From: Gemmatimonadales bacterium
GTDB lineage: Bacteria > Gemmatimonadota > Gemmatimonadetes > Gemmatimonadales > GWC2-71-9
NCBI GenBank assembly: GCA_036395695.1
Contig: DASWDA010000028.1
Location: forward strand, 1-63,377
Direction: 5' to 3'
Length of the DNA: 63,377 nucleotides
Positions 23,795 through 33,339 of this stretch are shown here, piece after piece. The notes beneath the pieces were generated by a model. The model searched no databases. It saw only the letters and a list, made by a program, of their open reading frames with translations, and was not told the DNA's origin. A program made the translations under genes and the position numbers. The first letter of the stretch is position 1; each line of letters begins with the position of its first letter.

Positions 23795-24296
23795 CGGAAG
23801 CCTCGTCTCCGCTCGCTTACTCGTGTTCCGCGTGGGAGCACTGGTGTGCGCCGCCGAGGTGGACCAAGTGCGGGAGATTCTCCCGCGCCTCCCAACGACG
23901 CGTATCCCGGGCGCGCCCCCGGTCGTGGCGGGGCTCGTGAATGTCCGCGGCACTCTGGTGACGGTCGTGGAAGGGTGGCGTGCGCTGGGCCAGGCACCGC
24001 CGGGTTCGCCCGCATCCCCCCCCGCCGAGACGTCCCAGACTCAAGCGCCTGAGGCTGCGGGCTCGACGATCATCCTCGAGATGGGCAAGGGTGAGTCGGG
24101 GGGCGAGGGACAGCTGATCGGGTTTACGGTGGATGAGGTGATGGACATGCTCGCGGGTGGTGCGACGACGCTGGAAGACCGCACCGGTCTTCCGGGCGTC
24201 GATCCCACGCTGGTGCGGGCGGTCGGGCGGCGGAATGGTGAACTGTTCATCGTGTTGGACGTCGCGGCGCTGTTGGGCCCGATTCTGACTACTTAA
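23787..24296 (+). CDS. cheW: CheW-domain coupling protein (with Pro/Ser- and Gly-rich insert)
   Basis: LLVFRVGALVCAAEVDQVREI and VVAGLVNVRGTLVTVV CheW blocks. ATG 23787 overlaps the rluD 3' end by 8 nt. Confidence 0.8.
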   Translation: MTDGSLVSARLLVFRVGALVCAAEVDQVREILPRLPTTRIPGAPPVVAGLVNVRGTLVTVVEGWRALGQAPPGSPASPPAETSQTQAPEAAGSTIILEMGKGESGGEGQLIGFTVDEVMDMLAGGATTLEDRTGLPGVDPTLVRAVGRRNGELFIVLDVAALLGPILTT

Positions 24297-24306
24297 GGAG
24301 CGCGCA

Positions 24307-24669
24307 GTGAGCCACACGGTTCTCGTCTGTGACGACGCGATCTTCATGCGCACGATGATCACCGACATCCTGGCGCAGGCCGGATTCGAGATCGTCGGCG
24401 AGGCGGAGACCGGCACGCAGGCCGTCGAGAAGTATCGGCAACTCAAGCCGGACCTGGTCACGATGGACATCGTGATGCCCGACATGGGCGGCATCGACGC
24501 GGTCCGCGAGATCGTGAAACAGGATCCCGACGCGAAGATCCTGATGTGCAGCGCCATGGGGCAGCAGGCGCTGGTGGTCGAAGCCATCCAGGCGGGTGCC
24601 AAGGACTTCGTCGTCAAGCCGTTCCAGCCCTCCCGCGTCCTCGAAGCCGTGCAGCGCGTTCTGGGCTAG
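24307..24669 (+). CDS. cheY: CheY-like single-domain response regulator
   Basis: Receiver motifs VCDDA, DLVTMDIVMP, SAMG and KPF. GTG start preceded by AAGGAG. Confidence 0.9.
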   Translation: MSHTVLVCDDAIFMRTMITDILAQAGFEIVGEAETGTQAVEKYRQLKPDLVTMDIVMPDMGGIDAVREIVKQDPDAKILMCSAMGQQALVVEAIQAGAKDFVVKPFQPSRVLEAVQRVLG

Positions 24670-24671
24670 CG

Positions 24672-26615
24672 ATGGACCTTTCGCAGTACGCCGAGCTGTT
24701 CCTGGCCGAGAGCCGCGAGCACTTGAGCGCCTGCAATCAGCTGCTGCTCGAGTGGGAGCGAACCCCAACCTCCGCGGAGCCGGTCGGCGGCCTGTTCCGC
24801 GCGGTGCACACGATCAAGGGGATGGCGGCGACGATGGGCTACGCCAAAGTCGCCGATCTCGCGCACCGCATGGAAAACCTGCTCGACCATCTGCGCCGCG
24901 GCGGCCGGGCACCTGCCGGCGACGTCATTCAACTGCTGTTTCGCGCCACTGACGCGCTCGAAAAAGCGGTCGAGCTCGCCGTCCAGGGCCGCGAGCCCGA
25001 AGCGGATGTCGCCGCGATTCTCGCCGACATCGACGGGGCCGCTGCCGCGCATCACGCGAAACCTGCCGCACAGCCCAGCGCGCTCGCGCGCTTCACGCTT
25101 GCGACTCCTGAGCCCGACGCGCCTGACTCCCCGAGTCTAGCTGCTGCGTCGGTTGCGTCTGATGCATCTGGCAGAACCCCCCTTGTCCAGGTGGTGATCC
25201 GGTCGGAAGCGCCCCTGAAAGGTGCGCGCGCGATGCTGGTCGTTCGCAAAGTCCAGACCCTCGGCACGGTCAACCGCGTGCAGCCGTCGCTCGCCGCGTT
25301 CGAATCGGACGATTTCGACGGTCGCTTCTCGTTCGAGCTCGACACCGCGAAGTCGGCGACCGACATCGAAGCCGTCATCCGGTCTGTGGGCGACGTCGAA
25401 CGCGTCAGCTTCGGTGGCGCGGCCGGCGACGAAGGCCAGGTCTCGCCCGCGGAAAGCGCGGGACGCGGCCGCCACATCCGGGTGGATCTGCGCCGGCTCG
25501 ATACGCTGATGGATCTGATCGGCGAGCTGGTCACCGAACGCGGCCGCCTGAATGAGCTCGCCGCGCGGTGGGTGGGCAAAGATCCGGAGATCGACGAAGT
25601 CGCGATCCATATCTCGCGCCTGTCCGCCGATCTGCAGAACGAAATCATCCAGGCGCGCATGACGCCGGTGTGGCAGGTGTTCGACCGCTTTCCCCGGCTC
25701 GTGCGCGACGTCGCGCGCCAGCTCGGCAAGCAGGTGGCCTTCCGGGTGGAAGGCAAGGAGATCGAGCTCGATCGCGAAATCCTCGACGAGCTCGGCGATC
25801 CACTGGTGCATCTGCTGCGCAACGCCGTCGACCACGGGATCGAGTCGCCGGCCGAACGGAAGCGGCTCAAGAAGGACCCGGAGGGGGAGATCGTGCTGGC
25901 GGCGGTGCGCGAGCGCTCCAGTGTGGCGATCAGCATCTCCGACAACGGCCGCGGCATCGATCGCGCCCAGATTCTCGAGAAGGCGAAGCGCGAGGGCGTC
26001 CTCGGGCCCCACGTCGAGACGCTGTCGGATGACCAGCTGCTGCGCGTGCTCGCGCGGCCCGGATTCTCGACCGCCGAGGCGGTGACCAGCGTTTCCGGAC
26101 GCGGCGTGGGCATCGACGTCGCCATGACGCGGATTCGCGCGCTCGGCGGCTCGGTCGAGATCCGCACCGAGCCGGGGAAGGGCACGGCCTTCGTGCTGCG
26201 GCTGCCGGTCACGCTGGCCATCGTGCGCGCGCTGATCGCCGCCGTCGGGCACGAGCGCTACGCGCTGCCGCTCACCTATGTCGCCGAGACGGTCGAGTTC
26301 GGCACGGTGCCGTTGACGACGATGGAAGGTCGCGACGCGATCGTGCTGCGCGATCGGGTCGTCCCCCTGGTCGATCTCCGCAAACTCCTGGAGACAAATG
26401 GCGGCGCCCCTGCGCCGCCGCCGCGCCGTCCGGTGATTGTGTTGGAGATGGGCGAGCGGCGGGCCGGGATTGTGGTGGACGGGATGTTGAGCCAGCAGGA
26501 AATCGTGGTGAAAGGATTCGACGCGCCGCAGGGCACGCTGCCGGTCTTCAGCGGCGCGACGATCATGGGTGATGGAGTGCCCGCGTTGATTCTCGATGCG
26601 GCGGGTCTGGTCTAA
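24672..26615 (+). CDS. cheA: chemotaxis histidine kinase CheA (P1-P5)
   Basis: Hpt site AVHTIKGMAATMG. HATPase blocks HLLRNAVDHGIE, DNGRGID and GRGVGIDV. C-terminal CheW-like P5. Start at ATG 24672 inside track ORF 24546..26615. Confidence 0.94.
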   Translation: MDLSQYAELFLAESREHLSACNQLLLEWERTPTSAEPVGGLFRAVHTIKGMAATMGYAKVADLAHRMENLLDHLRRGGRAPAGDVIQLLFRATDALEKAVELAVQGREPEADVAAILADIDGAAAAHHAKPAAQPSALARFTLATPEPDAPDSPSLAAASVASDASGRTPLVQVVIRSEAPLKGARAMLVVRKVQTLGTVNRVQPSLAAFESDDFDGRFSFELDTAKSATDIEAVIRSVGDVERVSFGGAAGDEGQVSPAESAGRGRHIRVDLRRLDTLMDLIGELVTERGRLNELAARWVGKDPEIDEVAIHISRLSADLQNEIIQARMTPVWQVFDRFPRLVRDVARQLGKQVAFRVEGKEIELDREILDELGDPLVHLLRNAVDHGIESPAERKRLKKDPEGEIVLAAVRERSSVAISISDNGRGIDRAQILEKAKREGVLGPHVETLSDDQLLRVLARPGFSTAEAVTSVSGRGVGIDVAMTRIRALGGSVEIRTEPGKGTAFVLRLPVTLAIVRALIAAVGHERYALPLTYVAETVEFGTVPLTTMEGRDAIVLRDRVVPLVDLRKLLETNGGAPAPPPRRPVIVLEMGERRAGIVVDGMLSQQEIVVKGFDAPQGTLPVFSGATIMGDGVPALILDAAGLV

Positions 26616-26628
26616 TTAAGGGAGCGAC

Positions 26629-27246
26629 ATGGAAGACGTCCGGGATCTAAAGGCGCTGCAGCTCGACGCGCTCAGAGAAGTCGCCAACATCGGCGCGGGC
26701 CATGCGGCGACGGCGCTGTCGCAGCTCACGCACCGGCGCATCATGATCTCGGTGCCGGAGATCAACATTGCCCGGCTCGAAGACGTGCCGGGGCTGATCG
26801 GCGATCCGCAGGAAGTCGTCGCCGCGGTCCTCATGCACATGCTCGGCGATTTGACGGGACGCACGCTGCTCATGTTCCCCGAGCCCGTCGGCCGGCAGCT
26901 GTGCGACATGCTGCTCAAGCGCCCCCTCGGGACGACCCAAACGTTCGAGACAATCGAGCAGTCGTGCATCAAGGAGGCGGGCAACATCCTCTCGGGCGCG
27001 TACATGAACGCGCTGTCGGAGTTCATGGGGATGCTGCTGCTGCCGTCGGTGCCGAGCCTCGTGGTGGATCTCTCGGCGGCGGTCCTCACGACGACGTACC
27101 TGAACTTCGGGCACGACCGGGACTTCGTGTTTTGCGTCGAGACCGAGTTCAATATCGATGCCCAGGACGGGCTGCGCGGCCATTTCCTGCTCCTGCCCGA
27201 CCTGGCGTCGCTCAAGGCGATTTTCGACGCCATTCGGTTGACTTGA
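26629..27246 (+). CDS. cheC: CheC-type CheY-P phosphatase
   Basis: Two D/S-x3-E-x2-N sites: DALREVAN and SCIKEAGN. Confidence 0.85.
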   Translation: MEDVRDLKALQLDALREVANIGAGHAATALSQLTHRRIMISVPEINIARLEDVPGLIGDPQEVVAAVLMHMLGDLTGRTLLMFPEPVGRQLCDMLLKRPLGTTQTFETIEQSCIKEAGNILSGAYMNALSEFMGMLLLPSVPSLVVDLSAAVLTTTYLNFGHDRDFVFCVETEFNIDAQDGLRGHFLLLPDLASLKAIFDAIRLT

Positions 27247-29942
27247 CGGTCTCAGAGCGTGACGTAGCGGTCCTGAGGTCCTTTGCCCGCCGGATCGATC
27301 CCTCCGATGCGGGCGCGCATAACAATCTCGGCGTTCTCTATTACCAAAAAGCCCTCGTCCCCGAGGCGATCGAGCAGTTCACCCGCGCCCTCGAGCTCGA
27401 CCCGCGCATGCAGGTCGCGCAGCGGAATCTCGAGATCGCCTACCACAACACCGGGTACTACGACCGCCGCGTGGCCGAGCTCCAGGAGAAGCTGCGCAGC
27501 GCGCCCGACGAGCGCGACGCGCGCTGGGAGCTGGGCCGCACGTACGCGATCATGGGCGCCTCCGAGGAAGCAGTCGCCGAATTCGAAGAGCTGCTGGCGC
27601 ACAAGCCCAAGGACGTGGCGGCGATCATCCAGCTCGGACTCGCCGAGAAGTCCCGCGGACGCCTGGAAGTGGCGACCGAGTGGTTCCTGCGGGCCGTCGA
27701 AGAAGAGCCGGACTCCTCCGTCGTCCACTTCTATCTTGGCGAGGTCTACTACAACCGCGGGCTGAACGAGCCGGCGCTGACCGCCCTCGAGCGCGCCGTC
27801 TCGCTCAATCCCGACAACGCGAACGCGCATTACCTGATGGCGTTCGTGCTGGGCGACATGGGGCGGCACCAGGACGCGCGCGCCGCGTCGAAGCGCGCCA
27901 TCCAGCTGAACCCGCCGCTGGCGCGCGCGCAGACCAACCTGTCGCTGGAGCGCTACCGCGCCGAACGCCAGTCGGCCGAGCACCGCCTGCGCGAGCACCC
28001 CGCGCCCGAGGTCGTCGAGGGGAGCGAGCTCGCGCATTACAACCTCGGCCTCGCGTTCCGGCAGAAGGGCTACTACGCCGAGGCGCTGCGCGAGTACCGC
28101 CTCGCGATCGACCGCGGCGAGGATCGCAGGCTGGTGCGCCAGGCGATGGCGGAAGTCCATCTCCTCAAGCGCGACTTCACCGATGCGCTCGAGCTGTACG
28201 AGTCGCTGATCCATGAGATCCCCGACTCGCCCAAGCTCTGGAACGAGCGCGGCGTCGTGTTGCATCAGGCGGGCCGGACGGCGGACGCGCTGACGTCCTA
28301 CCGTCAGGCGACGGAGGTCGATCCCCGCTACGCGCTCGCGTGGAACAACATCGGCGTCGTGCTCGCGCATCAGGCCGATACCGAAGATGCGATCGAGGGA
28401 TTTCGGAAAGCCTTGCAGCTTTCGCCGGCGTTCGTCGGCGCCCGCCTCAACCTCGCGCTGCTCCTGACCCATCTGCGCCGCTTCCAGCTCGCGCTCGAAG
28501 CGTATCGCCAGGTGCTGGCGGAACAGCCGGGCTCCGCGCCGGCGTGGAACGGCGTGGGGCTCGTGCTCGTCGAGCTGAAGCGCTTCCCCGACGCCCGGAA
28601 CGCCTTCGTCCGGGCCGTCGAGGCTGATCCGCAGAACGCGGGCGCCCACTACAACCTCAGTTTCACGCTCTCGAACCTCGGCGACTACGACGGCGCGCTG
28701 CGCGCGACCAAGCGCGCGCTCGAGCTGGACCCGTATTACGTGTCGCAGAAGTTCGCGCTGGCGATCGATCTGCAGTATGAGACGGTCGCGATCGGCATCG
28801 TGCCCGAGATCTCGGCCGACGTCGCGGCCGAGAGCCTGGGCGGCGACTTCGCGTTCGACCAGCGGCTGCTCGACAACATCTTCCAGGAGCTGGAGCCGCC
28901 CGCGGGCGCGGCCCAGGCCGCGCCCGCCGGCCTGGCCAAGCGGGCGGACGATCCGCTGGCCTTGGCGCGCGATTACGTGAGCAAGGGAATGATGGACCTC
29001 GCCGTGGCGGAAGCGATGCGCGCCGTGCAGCGCGGCGCGGACCGGGGCCAGGCCGCCACGCTGATCGGCGACAGCTATGCCCGCCGCGGCCTGCACGGGG
29101 AGGCGCTGGAGCGCTACCGCGAGGCGCGCACGCTCGATGCCGCCAACGCTCCGGCCGCGCTCGGCGAGGTGAAGAGCCTGCTCGCCGTGCACCGCTCCGC
29201 CGAAGCGCTGCCGCTCGCCGAAGCGCTGGTCGCCCAGGCGCCCGAAGACGTCGAGGTGCTCGTCGCCGCCGCGAAGGCGCGCGCGGCGACGGGCGACGCG
29301 GCCAGCGCGCTGACGGCGCTGCGGCAGGCGCAGACCCGCGCGCCGAACAGGGCCGATCTGCACAAGCTGCAGGGCGACATCGCCCTGAAAGTCGGCGACC
29401 GCCAGGGCGCCCGCGCGGCGTACCGTTCGGCGCTCGATCTCGATGAAGGGTTCGTGCAGGTCTGGCTCGATCTCGGGCGGCTGCACGAACAGGACGAAGA
29501 GTGGGTGGAAGCGCAGCGCGCGTACGAAGCGGCGCTCGAAGCGCTGCCGACCTTCCACGAGGCGGGGCTCGCGCACGCCGACCTGCTCCGGCGCACGGGG
29601 AGTCTGCGGACCGCCGTCGTGCGGCTCGCCGAGATGCTGGAGCAGGATCCTTACGACATGGACGCGCTGCTCCTGCTCGGTCGCACGCTGCTCGACGACA
29701 AGCGCAGCGTCGAGGCGCTCGAGGCGTTCCGGCGCGCGCTGAAATTCGACCCCGAGCACACCGGTGCACTGTTCTACCTGGGCGTGACGCTCGCGAAGCT
29801 GCAGCGCTACACCGAAGCGGTGGCCGCGTGGGACCGCGTGACGCGCATCGATCCGGGCGGGCCGTTCGCGCAACGCGCGCGGATGCACGCGCGGACCGCC
29901 GTCGACCTGCAGCACATCTTCGCCACCTCGGACGCGGCCTAG
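27243..29942 (+). CDS. large TPR-repeat protein (~899 aa)
   Basis: Repeated A-x-x-Y-x-x-A-L-x-L-x-P TPR units throughout (NLGVLYYQ..AIEQFTRALELDP and similar). Start set at TTG 27243, overlapping the cheC stop. The upstream part of track ORF 26901..29942 overlaps cheC out of frame. Confidence 0.7.
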   Translation: MTVSERDVAVLRSFARRIDPSDAGAHNNLGVLYYQKALVPEAIEQFTRALELDPRMQVAQRNLEIAYHNTGYYDRRVAELQEKLRSAPDERDARWELGRTYAIMGASEEAVAEFEELLAHKPKDVAAIIQLGLAEKSRGRLEVATEWFLRAVEEEPDSSVVHFYLGEVYYNRGLNEPALTALERAVSLNPDNANAHYLMAFVLGDMGRHQDARAASKRAIQLNPPLARAQTNLSLERYRAERQSAEHRLREHPAPEVVEGSELAHYNLGLAFRQKGYYAEALREYRLAIDRGEDRRLVRQAMAEVHLLKRDFTDALELYESLIHEIPDSPKLWNERGVVLHQAGRTADALTSYRQATEVDPRYALAWNNIGVVLAHQADTEDAIEGFRKALQLSPAFVGARLNLALLLTHLRRFQLALEAYRQVLAEQPGSAPAWNGVGLVLVELKRFPDARNAFVRAVEADPQNAGAHYNLSFTLSNLGDYDGALRATKRALELDPYYVSQKFALAIDLQYETVAIGIVPEISADVAAESLGGDFAFDQRLLDNIFQELEPPAGAAQAAPAGLAKRADDPLALARDYVSKGMMDLAVAEAMRAVQRGADRGQAATLIGDSYARRGLHGEALERYREARTLDAANAPAALGEVKSLLAVHRSAEALPLAEALVAQAPEDVEVLVAAAKARAATGDAASALTALRQAQTRAPNRADLHKLQGDIALKVGDRQGARAAYRSALDLDEGFVQVWLDLGRLHEQDEEWVEAQRAYEAALEALPTFHEAGLAHADLLRRTGSLRTAVVRLAEMLEQDPYDMDALLLLGRTLLDDKRSVEALEAFRRALKFDPEHTGALFYLGVTLAKLQRYTEAVAAWDRVTRIDPGGPFAQRARMHARTAVDLQHIFATSDAA

Positions 29943-29945
29943 CGT

Positions 29946-31094
29946 ATGGCGATCGAAGGACCGCTCCGCGAGCTCGGGATCCACGACGTCTTCCAGCTGC
30001 TCGACTTGAGCCGGAAGACGGGCGCGTTGCGGGTCACCTCCGAGCTGCGCCACAACGAGGGCAAGATCTACTTCGATAACGGCGTCGTGGTGTCGGCGGA
30101 GATTCGCAGCAACCCGCACCCGCTCGGTGCGCTGCTGCTGCGCACCGGCAAAATCGCCGAGGCCGATCTCGAGCGGGCGCGTGACATGCAGCAGCGGCAG
30201 GGCGACAAGCGCCGCCTCGGCGAGATCCTCGTGGCGCTCGGCGTCATCACCCAGCGCGAGGTCGAGCGCCAGATCCACTTCCAGATCGAGGAAGTCGTCT
30301 TCGAGGTCATGAGCTGGAACGAAGGCTACTTCTCGTTTGCGGAAGAGGCCGAGAGCAAGGTGCCCACCGAGGTCACGGTCCGCATCCCGGTGGAAGCGCT
30401 CTTGATGGAAGGCGCGCGCCGCATCGATGAATGGTCCCGGATCGAGAACCGCATTCCCCACGTCGGCGTCGTGCCCTCGCTCGCGCCGCCGCCCGAAGGC
30501 GGCGGCGGCGAGCTGGATCTCCTGCCGCCCGAGTGGGAAGTGCTCGCGCTCATCGACGGCGACCGCTCCGTGCGGGGCCTCGCGACCGAGCTGGGGCGGT
30601 CCGATTTCGAAGTCGCCAAGACGCTGTTCGGCCTCGAAAGCGCCGGCGTGATCGTCCTCGTGGATCCCGGGACGGCCAAGCGCGGACGGCCGGGCGCCGG
30701 CAGTGACCTCGCGGAGCTCGTCGCAGAGCTGATCGCGAAGGCTGAGACTGCCCTGCACGCCAAGGACCTCGACGCCGCCCGCGCCGCCGCCGAGCAAGCC
30801 GGCAGTATGCAGCCGCACGACGCGACGATTCATCTCCTGCTCGGCCGCATCCACCTGGCGCAGGGGCACGCGTCCGCCGCTGCCGAGGAGCTGCGGCGCG
30901 CGCTGCGGCTCGATCCGTTGCTCGCCGCGACGCATCGCTACCTGGGATTCGCCCTCGTCGCGATGGGCCGGTTCGGCGAAGCCGTGCAAAGCTGGGACCA
31001 GTGGGAGCGCCTGGCGCGCACGACGGAAGAGGAGGCGTACAAACCGGACGTGCAGCGCGCCCGCGAAGCCGCGCGAGTGTTCAGCAATGGCTGA
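29946..31094 (+). CDS. PATAN (DUF4388) domain protein with helical insert and C-terminal TPR
   Basis: N-terminal GPLRELGIHDVFQLLDLSRKTGALRV, typical of DUF4388/PATAN. Tandem RLGxxLV..Q helical motifs, then TPR-like repeats. Confidence 0.7.
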   Translation: MAIEGPLRELGIHDVFQLLDLSRKTGALRVTSELRHNEGKIYFDNGVVVSAEIRSNPHPLGALLLRTGKIAEADLERARDMQQRQGDKRRLGEILVALGVITQREVERQIHFQIEEVVFEVMSWNEGYFSFAEEAESKVPTEVTVRIPVEALLMEGARRIDEWSRIENRIPHVGVVPSLAPPPEGGGGELDLLPPEWEVLALIDGDRSVRGLATELGRSDFEVAKTLFGLESAGVIVLVDPGTAKRGRPGAGSDLAELVAELIAKAETALHAKDLDAARAAAEQAGSMQPHDATIHLLLGRIHLAQGHASAAAEELRRALRLDPLLAATHRYLGFALVAMGRFGEAVQSWDQWERLARTTEEEAYKPDVQRAREAARVFSNG

Positions 31095-31911
31095 CGAGAT
31101 CCGCGCGCTCTCGGCGCAGCTCGCGCAGGATCCACAGAGCCTCGTGTTCCTGCGGCTGGGCGAAGCCTTGCGCCGCAAGGGACAGCTCGATTCCGCGACC
31201 CGAGTCGCGATGAACGGGCTCGAGCGGCATCCGCATCTCGCCGACGCGCACGACTTGTACGCGCGGATCCTGACCGACAAGCACGATTACGCGCGCGCGT
31301 TCGACGAGTGGGACATGGCCGTCCGGATCGCGCCCAACCATACCGGCGCCCTGAAGGGACTCGCGTTTCTCTATTTCAAGGTCGGCGATATCGCCCAGGC
31401 CGAAACCCATCTCGAGCAGGCGCGCAAGGTCGAGCCCGACGATCCGACCATCGACCAGGCGTTTGAGATGATCCGCGGCGGGGCACATGCGCCGCCCGCC
31501 GCCGCCCCTTCGCCGCCCCCCGCCGCCCCAGCGCCGGCAGCGGGTGCGCTCGATGAAACGCGCGTTTTCGCGGGATTAGAGGGCGCCAACGAAGGCCTCC
31601 TGCTCATCGACGGCGCGGGACGTGTCCTGGGTGGGTCGCTCCGCGATCGATCGGGCTCGGATGTCACCGACAGCGTCGCCGCCTATCTTGCCGGCGTCTC
31701 GCAGGAAGCGGCCCGGACCGCGAAGCTGCTGGGGCTGGGAGCCTGGAACGGTTTGTCGGCGGAAGGACAGCACGGCAACGTGCACCTGGCGCATCCGACG
31801 CCCGAAGCGCTGCTCCTCGTCGTCCGCGAGCGCGGGACGCCGCTCGGCCGCCTCGCGATTCTCGCGCAGCGGGCGACGGCGCTGGCGCGCCGCTGGCTGG
31901 AGCGGCAATGA
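31087..31911 (+). CDS. TPR - Pro/Ala linker - Roadblock/LC7 fusion protein
   Basis: N-terminal TPR units, an APSPPPAAPAPAAG linker, and a C-terminal Roadblock-like block GLLLIDGAGRVLGGSL...ALLLVVRERGTPLGRL. Confidence 0.68.
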   Translation: MADEIRALSAQLAQDPQSLVFLRLGEALRRKGQLDSATRVAMNGLERHPHLADAHDLYARILTDKHDYARAFDEWDMAVRIAPNHTGALKGLAFLYFKVGDIAQAETHLEQARKVEPDDPTIDQAFEMIRGGAHAPPAAAPSPPPAAPAPAAGALDETRVFAGLEGANEGLLLIDGAGRVLGGSLRDRSGSDVTDSVAAYLAGVSQEAARTAKLLGLGAWNGLSAEGQHGNVHLAHPTPEALLLVVRERGTPLGRLAILAQRATALARRWLERQ

Positions 31912-32261
31912 CGAAGGGCGGACCACTCGATCTGATCACCCGCGTGCGAGGCGTCCGCGGCGCGATGCTGGTCTCGGCGGAGGACGGCCTCGTCGTGGCC
32001 GAGCAGCTCATGGAGGGGATCAAGGGCGGCGCCGTGGCCGCGCTCGCCGCGAGCCTCGCCGGCCGCCTGCGCCGGGCGATGGAAGCGGCGGGGACCGGGA
32101 CGAGCGTCTTTTGGCACCTGCAGGCGGAGCAGGGCGCGCTGCTGGTCGTTCCCGGTGGGCACAATGCCGGTGGCATCCTGGTCGTCGCGGTTGCGGAGCC
32201 CGATGTGAACATCGGCCTGGTGCGCCTCGAGCTACTGCGAGCGGCGGAGACGATGGTATGA
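31908..32261 (+). CDS. Roadblock/LC7 domain protein (MglB-like)
   Basis: 117 aa. VRGVRGAMLVSAEDGLVVAE...GALLVVP...ILVVAV pattern. ATG overlaps the previous stop. Confidence 0.75.
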   Translation: MTKGGPLDLITRVRGVRGAMLVSAEDGLVVAEQLMEGIKGGAVAALAASLAGRLRRAMEAAGTGTSVFWHLQAEQGALLVVPGGHNAGGILVVAVAEPDVNIGLVRLELLRAAETMV

Positions 32262-32734
32262 GTCAACAGACCCGCGCCGTCGAAAACTGGACGCTGCAAC
32301 CGCTCACCGACTTCGTGCGGGAAGCATCGGCGCGCCTGGTCCTGGTGCTCACGCCGTCGGGGCAGGTGCTGGCGCAATCGGGATTCTCGCGCGCCGTCGA
32401 TGTCATGTCGTCCGCGGCGCTGGCGGCGGCGATCGTCGCCTCCACCGGCGAGCTGGCGCGCCAGCTGCGGCAGCCGCCCTTCGCGGCGCTCAGCCATCAG
32501 GGGCCCAAGACCGGTTTCTTCCTGGCCACCTTCGCGACCGATCGCGGCACGCTGGCGGTGCTCGCCGTCTACGATATGGACGTTTCATCGCTCGGCTTGG
32601 TTCAGTTATTCTATGAGCAGCTTGCGGCGGACTTGAAGACGGCGAGTCCGAAGGGGGCGGTCCCCAAGCAGGTGCTCGCGGCCGACTTCGAGCGCGAGTT
32701 GACGGACAGCCTCAACACGCTGTTTGGGAGATAG
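32258..32734 (+). CDS. Roadblock/LC7-like protein with C-terminal extension
   Basis: [18 protein letters not shown]...GFFLATF...LAVLAVYD pattern. ATG 32258 overlaps the previous stop (ATGA). Confidence 0.62.
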   Translation: MSQQTRAVENWTLQPLTDFVREASARLVLVLTPSGQVLAQSGFSRAVDVMSSAALAAAIVASTGELARQLRQPPFAALSHQGPKTGFFLATFATDRGTLAVLAVYDMDVSSLGLVQLFYEQLAADLKTASPKGAVPKQVLAADFERELTDSLNTLFGR

Positions 32735-32736
32735 CG

Positions 32737-33339
32737 GTGTCCCTGGTCAACTTCACGACCCGCGAGATCACGTGCAAAATCGTCTACTACGGACCTGGGC
32801 GGTCCGGAAAGACGACCAATCTCCATTACATTTACGGCCGCGTGCCGGAAACTCGGCGCGGGCGCATGGTGTCGCTCGCTACGCAGACCGACCGCACCCT
32901 GTTCTTCGACTTCCTGCCGATCGATCTGGGCCAGATCTCCGGATTCTCGACGCGGTTTCAGCTCTACACCGTCCCGGGCCAGGTCTATTACAACGCCACG
33001 CGGCGACTCGTGCTCCAGGGCGCGGACGGCGTGGTGTTCGTCGGGGACAGTCAAGCCCGGCAGCTCGATGAGAATGTCGAAAGTCTGCAGAACCTCCAGA
33101 GCAATCTGCTCGAGCACGGCATCGATGTGCGCACCATGCCGCTGGTGATGCAATACAACAAGCAGGACCTGCCCGCCGAGCTGATCCTGCGGCAGGAGGA
33201 CCTCGACGACGCGCTCAACTTCCGGAGCGTGCCGAGCTTCGCGGCCGACGCGCTGCACGGCAGAGGGGTGTTCGAGACCCTCAAGTCGATCTCGGAGCTC
33301 GTGCTCAAGAGGCTGGCGGCGGGAACCCCCGCGACATGA
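32737..33339 (+). CDS. mglA: MglA-family Ras-like small GTPase
   Basis: Collinear with Myxococcus MglA as I recall it: [15 protein letters not shown] (P-loop), [11 protein letters not shown] (intrinsic Arg), YTVPGQ (catalytic Gln), NKQD. Confidence 0.93.
   Translation: MSLVNFTTREITCKIVYYGPGRSGKTTNLHYIYGRVPETRRGRMVSLATQTDRTLFFDFLPIDLGQISGFSTRFQLYTVPGQVYYNATRRLVLQGADGVVFVGDSQARQLDENVESLQNLQSNLLEHGIDVRTMPLVMQYNKQDLPAELILRQEDLDDALNFRSVPSFAADALHGRGVFETLKSISELVLKRLAAGTPAT

Noticed and set aside
27252-31280. 1342-aa minus-strand ORF, the longest in the track.
   Set aside because: It is antisense to well-supported + strand genes (TPR, PATAN, TPR-Roadblock). Its translation is Arg/Ala/Gly/Pro-rich low complexity with no recognisable motifs. 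Long open antisense frames are expected in very GC-rich DNA.
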